Shown here: one piece after another, positions 20,475 through 26,840 of the stretch
Numbering within the stretch: position 1 is the first letter of the stretch
Layout of the letters: each line of letters starts with the position of its first letter
Assembly (NCBI GenBank): GCA_031414775.1
Contig: JANOQI010000019.1
Location: 1-26,840, forward strand
From: Synechococcales cyanobacterium VAR_4_metabat_354
GTDB lineage: Bacteria; Cyanobacteriota; Cyanobacteriia; Cyanobacteriales; Chamaesiphonaceae
DNA length: 26,840 nucleotides
Reading direction: 5' to 3'
Translations under genes and position numbers: made by a program
Notes under the pieces: generated by a model
Databases searched by the model: none
What the model saw: the letters and a program-made list of their open reading frames with translations, nothing else
What the model was told of the DNA's origin: nothing

Positions 20475-21803
20475 TCAACTCAAAGGTTTGATCCGTCGTC
20501 TGACATCATCAATGCGCCAGCCCGTCAAATTTGACAGATTTTGGGCTTCCTTAAACTGTCGATCGATCACCTGTTTCCGATAACCCTTAGCCGCCGCACA
20601 TTTCAATTCGCCGCGCACCGGATGATTCATCACATAACGACCCTGGAAACTATCCTGATTGCTAGTTTCTTGGAACACCAAATCTTCCGCAAATCGATCG
20701 CGCGTGTAGCGCACATGCAAACGGGTAATGAAAGTATTACTAGAAGGTGGTCTTCTGCCTCTCCACAACTGCGGCTGATTGATTGGTTGTCGATCTTCCA
20801 GCCAAAACACCCCCGCCTCTTTCAATTCCTCAGTAGTTGGTGGCTCGCTAGAGCAAGGATCGCAATTGCCCACATCCCAGGCATATTCCAAGAAAGCCAC
20901 TTTTTTGTTTTCCCGTTCGTAAGCGCGCTGAAAAGTGTCTTTATAAAAACCACCAAACACATCCTTCACAAATTCTGGAACCTCTTTATCGGTGGGGATT
21001 TTCACAGTGCGATAATTAGCCAGTTCAATGCGTCCCTTCGGCGACAACAAAAATACCACCAAATCTTGTTCGCCTTTGGCATTCAGCATTCCCAACCGAA
21101 TCGGCAGCATAAATTTAGGCGATTGGTAGGCAATTTGTAGTGGCCGCAAAAAACTGCTACCAGATTTTTCAAACTCTTTGAGATCTACCTTAGCTACAAA
21201 AAATTTCATTTGTTGCCGGATATAAGGTCGCAAAACCTCTTTGGCTCCTACGGGTAGTTTGTAGCCATTGCGTAGCAACCAAGTTTCGAGGCCGCCAGAC
21301 TCTTTAGCACTCAGAATCAAAATTTCGTATTCATTGACCTTGAATTTGTCTTCGATCGTTACTCCTAATTTATTAGCACCATCACCTCTAGCCCGCCGTA
21401 ATTTGGCGGAGGGAGCGGCACTAGGAGAAGCTCGATCTTTCATCGCTTCTGAATCTGGTTGGCAAGGATCTTGATCAAAATATTCCACTAAACGCGGCTG
21501 ACTAAAGGCATCCAATTTATCTAAAATTACCTTTTTACCAACTTTAACTTGCTCCCGTTTAATAGCAACTGGCACTGGCACAACCAAAGCAAAGTCTTTG
21601 ACTGCACCCTGAAAATCATTGGCCATCGTCAAAATAGTCTGATTGTCTTTGTGGGCAATAATCACCTGAGAAGCTTGATTGAACAGTTTAGTTTCAGCCC
21701 CAGCCACATAAAAACCACAAAAAGCCCAAGCCTGACTAGCTAAAGATAACGCAAAAATGCTTGCTAGCAATAAGCTAACTACAACTCTAATAATTACTTT
21801 CAT
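20475..21803 (-). CDS. DUF2330 family secreted protein
   Basis: Signal peptide ending AWA-FCGFYV; LFN.ASQV, FALVVPVP, PRLVEYFD.DPC, GLETWL..NGY, MLPIRLG, EYAWD..NCDPC, FQGRYV. Confidence 0.88.
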   Translation of the reverse strand: MKVIIRVVVSLLLASIFALSLASQAWAFCGFYVAGAETKLFNQASQVIIAHKDNQTILTMANDFQGAVKDFALVVPVPVAIKREQVKVGKKVILDKLDAFSQPRLVEYFDQDPCQPDSEAMKDRASPSAAPSAKLRRARGDGANKLGVTIEDKFKVNEYEILILSAKESGGLETWLLRNGYKLPVGAKEVLRPYIRQQMKFFVAKVDLKEFEKSGSSFLRPLQIAYQSPKFMLPIRLGMLNAKGEQDLVVFLLSPKGRIELANYRTVKIPTDKEVPEFVKDVFGGFYKDTFQRAYERENKKVAFLEYAWDVGNCDPCSSEPPTTEELKEAGVFWLEDRQPINQPQLWRGRRPPSSNTFITRLHVRYTRDRFAEDLVFQETSNQDSFQGRYVMNHPVRGELKCAAAKGYRKQVIDRQFKEAQNLSNLTGWRIDDVRRRIKPLS

Positions 21804-21806
21804 GAT

Positions 21807-22637
21807 TTATACTTCCCAGCTTGGTGCAAAAATGTTCAGCAAACGTGATTTATACCAACTAAATACTGGGGCTACCCACAGATAGTCTAGTAATATAGTT
21901 ACTGGCGACATAATGAATAGCGCATAAAATACAGCACTCGGCATGTAAAAGTAGTTGCGTAAAATAAAAGTGAGTATGGCAATTGTCACCGCCCAAACAA
22001 TCCGAGCATTTTTAGCATTGGGGATCGATCGAGGATCAGTCACCATAAACAAAGCAAACATCAGGAGTGAACCACTCATCATTTTGTGTGCCCACACATC
22101 CCATGTCCAGCCTAGCCACAGATTACGCAAGGCTTCCATCCCCGCATAAGCCACCAGAAAAGCCCCACTGGTATCCCATCGTCCGACTTTTTTGAGAACG
22201 ATCGCCCCGGCACCCAAAAATAGGAGCAAATACCACCAATCTTCGCCCCATTGTCCTGGCGATACCCAGGCATCACCAGTGAGTGCGATCGCTACCACAA
22301 TGCCAAAGTTAGCTGGGTTAAAAAAATGCTTGTCTTCCCACCGGAAAATAAATTTGCTCCAAATCGCCAGCGAACTAGCCAGCAGCATTGTCTCCGGGTG
22401 GCTCGTGCGCAGTAGTAAAGATAAGCCCAAACTAGTGATCAAGGCACTGCGTAAAGAAGGAAAAGGGTTCTCTTCGGGTTGAAAAATGGCCTTGGCAATT
22501 AATTGCTGCAAACAGCAGCCGACTGTAGCCGTGGTGACGACCGTTAGCTGAAGCGACCAGTCGCGGGTGCTTACACCTAACAATAGGAATAGCCCCAAAA
22601 AAGCAATCTGATAATTACGTGGATCGATCGGTTTCAT
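21807..22637 (-). CDS. Stand-alone RnfD/NqrB-like integral membrane protein
   Basis: Multiple TM helices; SALIT.LGL.LLL, SKF......KHFFNPANFG, FMVTDPRS.P motifs shared with RnfD/NqrB. Confidence 0.8.
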   Translation of the reverse strand: MKPIDPRNYQIAFLGLFLLLGVSTRDWSLQLTVVTTATVGCCLQQLIAKAIFQPEENPFPSLRSALITSLGLSLLLRTSHPETMLLASSLAIWSKFIFRWEDKHFFNPANFGIVVAIALTGDAWVSPGQWGEDWWYLLLFLGAGAIVLKKVGRWDTSGAFLVAYAGMEALRNLWLGWTWDVWAHKMMSGSLLMFALFMVTDPRSIPNAKNARIVWAVTIAILTFILRNYFYMPSAVFYALFIMSPVTILLDYLWVAPVFSWYKSRLLNIFAPSWEV

Positions 22638-22776
22638 AACATTTAGGATGAGCAGAGAAAAGATAATTCAGCGCTGATTTGTCTATTCTAGAAAACCGCA
22701 CTAAATGCTTGACTCTAAGACTAAACTGGAAAATGTATAAAATGTACCACTGTTACCGAAACTGCGACAGAAATTA

Positions 22777-23478
22777 ATGCTCTACACATATCCACCTCTC
22801 CAATCCGGCAAATTAGTGCAGCGCTACAAACGTTTCTTTGCCGACATTCAATTAGACAGTGGTGAACTGATTACGGCTCATTGTCCCAATACTGGTCCGA
22901 TGCTGGGCGTCTGCGAAATAGGTGCCCCCGTGCAGGTCTCCCATAGCAGCGATCTCAAGCGCAAACTAGCCTATACCTGGGAGATGATTTATGTGAATAA
23001 TACCTGGGTGGGTGTAAATACGATGTTGCCCAATAAGCTCATCAAAATAGTCCTAGAGCAACGATTGCTACCAGAACTTGGTAACTACAGTGAAATTAAA
23101 ACAGAAGTGAAGTATGGCCAAGACGGACGTAGTCGTATCGATTTTGTGTTGGTGGGAGATGAAAAGTTAGTTTATGTAGAAGTCAAAAATACAACTTACA
23201 TAGTGGATGATGTGGCGTTATTTCCCGACACAGCTACTACCAGAGGTCAGAAACATCTGCAAGAATTAATTGATATTATGCCAGCAGCTCAAGGGGTGAT
23301 GTTGTATTTGATTAATCGTGGTGATATGACTAAATTCGCTCCTGGTGATGCCAAAGATCCACTGTATGGTGATTTGTTACGGCAGGCTGTAGCCAAAGGA
23401 TTAATGATTTTACCCTGTCGTTTTCAAGTGACACCTACCGGCATTGAATATTTAGGCATGGCGCAGGTTTTGCTGTAA
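22777..23478 (+). CDS. sfsA: DNA/RNA nuclease SfsA (sugar fermentation stimulation protein A)
   Basis: RYKRFFAD, AHCPNTGPM, RKL.YTWE, SRIDF, VEVKN, FPD..T.RGQKHL.EL. Confidence 0.96.
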   Translation: MLYTYPPLQSGKLVQRYKRFFADIQLDSGELITAHCPNTGPMLGVCEIGAPVQVSHSSDLKRKLAYTWEMIYVNNTWVGVNTMLPNKLIKIVLEQRLLPELGNYSEIKTEVKYGQDGRSRIDFVLVGDEKLVYVEVKNTTYIVDDVALFPDTATTRGQKHLQELIDIMPAAQGVMLYLINRGDMTKFAPGDAKDPLYGDLLRQAVAKGLMILPCRFQVTPTGIEYLGMAQVLL

Positions 23479-23479
23479 T

Positions 23480-23506
23480 GCTCTCGCTAGGGAATGTAGG
23501 GCTTTT
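23480..23506 (+). terminator. Weak hairpin plus T-tract after sfsA
   Basis: GCTCTCGC-tagggaat-GTAGGGC-TTTT. Confidence 0.4.
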
Positions 23507-23539
23507 GTTGTTCAAAATGCCCTCATTCATCGGCTAAAG

Positions 23540-23944
23540 CTATGGACAACCATATTCTCCCCATTTGACAGTTTCAGCAATATCTTTGCATTTAAAAGGC
23601 TGTACCTTGCCATTCAGCCAACCATACCGATCCTCTTCATCAGTTCCATTCGTGATAAAACTGATACTGCCAATCTTGGGACAGTTCGCTATGATTTTTT
23701 TTGCCATCGCTACTTCTGTGGTTAAGCGCTGTCCTCTAATAACATGAAGATGTTGCGATCGACCGCTCGGCGGATGGCCTTCATATTGATTTATTTTGGA
23801 AATCCGAAACGTATCAACCTTGTTCAGGGAAGACTTACTCTGAGTCAGAACGTTAGAACATTTTGATGGAGTCGCGGCTGCCACCGCTGACAGATTTATA
23901 GGCATTAACAAAAATGGCAAAATAACAGCAACGGAGTACTTCAT
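23540..23944 (-). CDS. Hypothetical exported protein with four Cys in the mature part
   Basis: Signal peptide MKYSVAVILPFLLMPINLSAVAA; start at 23944 or 23965; no family recognised. Confidence 0.65.
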   Translation of the reverse strand: MKYSVAVILPFLLMPINLSAVAAATPSKCSNVLTQSKSSLNKVDTFRISKINQYEGHPPSGRSQHLHVIRGQRLTTEVAMAKKIIANCPKIGSISFITNGTDEEDRYGWLNGKVQPFKCKDIAETVKWGEYGCP

Positions 23945-23972
23945 AAATTTATCGATCGAGTGCATTGGCTTT

Positions 23973-23998
23973 TGACGCCATCGGCCTAAAAGTGTTCC
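23973..23998 (-). promoter_or_regulatory. Putative ECF-sigma (SigG/RpoE-type) promoter
   Basis: Minus strand GGAAC (23998-23994), 17 nt, GTCA (23976-23973). Confidence 0.6.
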
Positions 23999-24007
23999 AA
24001 ACAGTAC

Positions 24008-24039
24008 AACCCTGACAAATAAATATTATTTTCAGGGCT
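24008..24039 (-). terminator. Stem-loop downstream of the 24100-24468 gene
   Basis: Minus strand AGCCCTGAAAATA-atatt-TATTTGTCAGGGTT. Confidence 0.5.
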
Positions 24040-24099
24040 GATACGATAAGACCGCCCGAATGTGAATGAAAAATAGTAAGAAAGGTTGTTTTCTTGGGG

Positions 24100-24468
24100 C
24101 TAACCTTGCCCTTCCAATCCGCTAATTCTTGCCCGATCGGCTTGGTTGTCTTTGATGATGATTTCCACCATCTGCTCTAATCTGTCGATGTTGTTTTCAG
24201 TCCGGTTAGTATTTCTTTCCAGCCTGTCGATGTTCCTGGAAGTGTTAGCAGACAGCTGAAGGGCTTCCGCCGCCGTTCTTTGGGACAAGGCTGATAGTTC
24301 TAAAGCGTTCGCCATTGTCTGAGTATTAAAGCTGATACCTTCTCTCATTAATTCAATGCTACGGGCTTGGCTTTCAGCAGTGGTGGTTAGTGCCTTTACC
24401 GCTTCGGTATTGCTGGCCGTTGATGCTGCCAAGCTGACTACCAATGTTCTTAGTTCTTCATCGGTCAT
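24100..24468 (-). CDS. Hypothetical coiled-coil protein
   Basis: MTDEELR.LV.SLA..., heptad-rich, internal repeat NIDRLE twice, C-terminal DNQADR.RI..LE. Confidence 0.7.
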   Translation of the reverse strand: MTDEELRTLVVSLAASTASNTEAVKALTTTAESQARSIELMREGISFNTQTMANALELSALSQRTAAEALQLSANTSRNIDRLERNTNRTENNIDRLEQMVEIIIKDNQADRARISGLEGQG

Positions 24469-24679
24469 GATGTTATCCTCAGATTATTTATCCTGGTTTC
24501 GATCACTCTGTTGCAAGCAGTCTGTTCGATCGAATAGCCCTCGCCTTCACTGGTAGGGGCTTTTCTGATTATAGGTGCTGGGTGTTTGGCAAAGATAGAA
24601 CGGCTCTATGCATGGGGGTGAAAAATGAACCCGATTGAATACCTCTGAACACCTAAAAAGAATCTTGTTGACAAACAAC

Positions 24680-24717
24680 AAGGCTCCTCAAGAGTACTAA
24701 TACTCTTCAGAAGCCTT
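24680..24717 (-). terminator. Terminator downstream of tRNA-Gly
   Basis: Minus strand AAGGCTTCT-G-AAGAGTA-ttag-TACTCTT-G-AGGAGCCTT followed by GTTGTTTG. Confidence 0.7.
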
Positions 24718-24740
24718 TAACCGTGTTACTTTCAACCTGA

Positions 24741-24812
24741 AGCGGGAGACGCGATTCGAACGCGCGACTTTCACCTTGGCAAGGTGACGCTCTACCACTG
24801 AGCTACACCCGC
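24741..24812 (-). tRNA. trnG: tRNA-Gly (GCC)
   Basis: GCGGGTGTAGCTCAGTGGTAGAGCGTCACCTTGCCAAGGTGAAAGTCGCGCGTTCGAATCGCGTCTCCCGCT folds into a cloverleaf; CCA not encoded. Confidence 0.97.
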
Positions 24813-24827
24813 ATTTCAACCTTATCT

Positions 24828-24856
24828 ATAATCACATATGGCTGGGTGGTTGTCAA
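24828..24856 (-). promoter_or_regulatory. Putative sigma70 promoter of tRNA-Gly
   Basis: Minus strand TTGACA (24856-24851), 17 nt, GATTAT (24833-24828). Confidence 0.55.
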
Positions 24857-24887
24857 TGCTCTGGAGCAAACTCTTTTTAATTTAAGT

Positions 24888-25409
24888 CTATCCAGGCAAA
24901 ACTGGCGTTGAGAAACTGGCTGGAATTCCTAAAATACGCATTTGTTTCATCAAGGTAGCCATTTCTAGAGCATTCATGGCATAACCCCAGCCATGATTAC
25001 TTTTAATGCCCGCTCTCTCCAGCGCCTGCGTCATGGTATCGACGGTCAGGACTCCAAAAATAACCGGGACTCCACTGTGATAAGAAGCGGCGGCCACACC
25101 TTTGGCGACTTCTGATGATACGTAGTCAAAATGAGGGGTATCACCTTTGATGACGGCCCCGATACAAATGATTGCGTCATAGCGTTGGGAAAAGGCCAAT
25201 TGGCGAGCTACTAGCGGTATTTCATAGCAACCTGGCACCCAGGCATAGTCTACTTGTTCACCGTCTGGATCGATGTCAACGCCATGACGTTTGAGGCAAT
25301 CTTGACAGGCTGACAGGAGCTTGGTGGTGACCATGTCATTGAACCTGCCAATGACGATCGAGAACCTTAAAGAAGGATCTGGTGTGAAGTTGCCCTCGAA
25401 AACGGTCAT
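24888..25409 (-). CDS. ribH: 6,7-dimethyl-8-ribityllumazine synthase
   Basis: [35 protein letters not shown]....QALERAG.K.N.G. Confidence 0.97.
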   Translation of the reverse strand: MTVFEGNFTPDPSLRFSIVIGRFNDMVTTKLLSACQDCLKRHGVDIDPDGEQVDYAWVPGCYEIPLVARQLAFSQRYDAIICIGAVIKGDTPHFDYVSSEVAKGVAAASYHSGVPVIFGVLTVDTMTQALERAGIKSNHGWGYAMNALEMATLMKQMRILGIPASFSTPVLPG

Positions 25410-25473
25410 GTCTGCTCCAAATCAAAATAAGAAAAATTGGTGCGGCTGAGGTTCAACCACACCTACTGAAACT

Positions 25474-25662
25474 TTATACCACCAGGAAGTTGAGCACGCC
25501 AACTACGATTACTAGTAGTGCCCAGGCACCAGAACCCAAAAATAATAAACTTTTGGATCTATCCCAGTTTTGGGGAGAAGCGTAGGCAACTGGCACGCCG
25601 ACAATCATGACGAAAGACAGTAGGACTAAGGCAAATAAAGCGATATTGAATACAAAACCCAT
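25474..25662 (-). CDS. psbZ: Photosystem II reaction centre protein Z
   Basis: 62 aa, two TM helices, [21 protein letters not shown]; psbZ-ribH adjacency is typical of cyanobacteria. Confidence 0.96.
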   Translation of the reverse strand: MGFVFNIALFALVLLSFVMIVGVPVAYASPQNWDRSKSLLFLGSGAWALLVIVVGVLNFLVV

Positions 25663-25871
25663 TTTTATTCTCCTGATATGATAGTAAAGTTAAATAGATT
25701 ATAAGATTAGAAAATCTAATTCGGCTATCAAAAATTTATCATTTAAGTTGCCTTTTCACACGGTTGTGATGATCGATCGCTTAAAAAACCCCAAAAATGT
25801 AGAAGATTAAATCAGCCAAAGATTAATGGCAACATCTTCAGAATATGTGCTATCTTACTTAAGGTGAATTT

Positions 25872-25944
25872 GGCTCGATAGCTCAGTCGGTAGAGCTAAG
25901 GACTCATAAGCCTTCGGTCCCCAGTTCAAGTCTGGGTCGAGCCA
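25872..25944 (+). tRNA. trnM: tRNA-Met (CAT), elongator type
   Basis: GGCTCGA TAGCTCAGTCGGTAGAGC T AAGGA CTCATAA GCCTT CGGTC CCCAG TTCAAGT CTGGG TCGAGCC A; G1-C72 paired, so not an initiator. Confidence 0.93.
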
Positions 25945-25952
25945 CTACTAAG

Positions 25953-25974
25953 AACCCCGCCTTGTGTGGGGTTT
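25953..25974 (+). terminator. Hairpin after tRNA-Met
   Basis: AACCCCGC-cttgt-GTGGGGTT-T. Confidence 0.6.
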
Positions 25975-26103
25975 CCGTGTTTCTACTCATCATTAGCACT
26001 TTGCACTGATGGGATAAACATTCCAAATATTCAGGTAAATTGTGGTCGTTTTAGTGATAAGGATGAGATAAAGTCAAGGGATAATCTCAGTACTTATGCA
26101 CTA

Positions 26104-26701
26104 ATGATCAGAGCAGCAGCGGGCACCCCGACGATTAGAAACTCTAATGGTAGCCTCCAGATAATTTTCAATCCAAGGGACGGTAGCAAGAAGCGAAAGT
26201 GCTTGTCACTGGGATTGCCGGAATCAAAGCAGAACAGGATTTTTGCAGAGCTGGCAGTAAAGCGGATTCAGAATGACATTCTGGCCGGTCATTTCGATGG
26301 AGATTTGGACAAATATAAACCGCAGACTTCCGGCAAGGCTAAAGAGGTTACGCCGATCGATAACCTAACCATCAGAGATATTTGGGATAGTTACACCGAG
26401 TACAAGCGACCCCAATTATCTCAAACCACCCTGGCGGTGGATTTTGAACGGGTATCTAACTATATCGACAGGTTTCCCACCAAATCATTTTCTGATGCGG
26501 TACCTGTTAGAGATTGGCTATTATCTACCACTACCCCAGGGCAAACAAAGCGGGTTTTGAAGAATCTGAGTGCTTGCGGAAAGTGGGCAGCAAAATCAAA
26601 AATCATTTCTAGCAACACTTTTGATGGGATGGCTGCTGATATAGCTAGTGGGAAAAGCCGAGATGATGAATTAGATATCAATCCATTCTCGATCGAAGAA
26701 A
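26104..26701 (+). pseudogene. Tyrosine recombinase/integrase, N-terminal arm-binding and core-binding domains only, interrupted by an IS
   Basis: GT..IRNSNGSLQI.F...KRK.LSLGL.ES..N...AE.....IQ.DI..G.FD..L.KYKP; W..Y.EYK.PQ.S.TT; L.AC..WA...NTF.GM; DINPFS.EE, after which similarity stops at 26701. No catalytic R-H-R-Y domain is present. Confidence 0.85.
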
Positions 26702-26840
26702 CAATAGTCCGGACAGATTTATGGTGTCAAAGAACCGTACTGGAGAAGGCTGGCGTAGTTAGGATGGGATTTAATCCAAGTCAGGTCAAGGTCTAACATG
26801 GAAATAAATCGCTCAAGTAAATGATGATTGAGTGCTTGTC
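26702..26840 (-). mobile_element. Right end of a DDE-type insertion sequence (ISNCY/IS4-like, family uncertain), partial
   Basis: Minus-strand frame 26838..26719 reads QALNHHLLERFISMLDLDLTWIKSHPNYASLLQYGSLTP*, resembling cyanobacterial transposase C-termini. It is followed by ATCTGTCCGGACTATTG ending at 26702, exactly where integrase similarity is lost. Confidence 0.72.

Noticed and set aside
20541..21140. 199-aa plus-strand ORF
   Set aside because: Entirely antisense to the well-supported DUF2330 gene; no family features.
22743..22757. Possible cyanobacterial LexA box upstream of sfsA (TGTAC-CAC-TGTTAC)
   Set aside because: Deviates from RGTAC-N3-DGTWCB in both half-sites; too weak to call.
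25872..25944. tRNA(CAT) as initiator Met or lysidine-Ile2
   Set aside because: Paired G1-C72 and no three consecutive G-C pairs at the base of the anticodon stem exclude the initiator; the sequence resembles cyanobacterial elongator Met.
25966..26103. N-terminal 46-aa extension of the integrase ORF
   Set aside because: Starts at a GTG inside the tRNA terminator hairpin; integrase similarity begins near the ATG at 26104.

Overview
Cyanobacterial chromosomal window (psbU, psbZ, two phycobiliprotein lyases, sqdB, frequent CGATCG palindromes). It is mostly core genes: hhoA-like protease, thrC, mutS2, dxr, sfsA, ribH, tRNA-Gly(GCC) and tRNA-Met(CAT). Both ends run about 140 bp into insertion sequences that the ORF track misses. 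On the left, an IS66-type right end clips the 3' end of a Uma2 gene. On the right, a DDE-type IS interrupts a tRNA-Met-associated tyrosine integrase. The most interesting candidates are: (i) a coupled operon of a stand-alone RnfD/NqrB-like membrane protein and a secreted CxxC-containing DUF2330 protein, a possible uncharacterised trans-membrane redox module; (ii) a DUF6932-like minimal nucleotidyltransferase plus XRE-HTH cassette with its own strong promoter and palindromic operator, a candidate toxin-antitoxin or defence module; (iii) two exported-protein genes sharing an ECF-sigma GGAAC-N17-GTCA promoter. All family assignments come from motif recognition by eye; no database searches were run.
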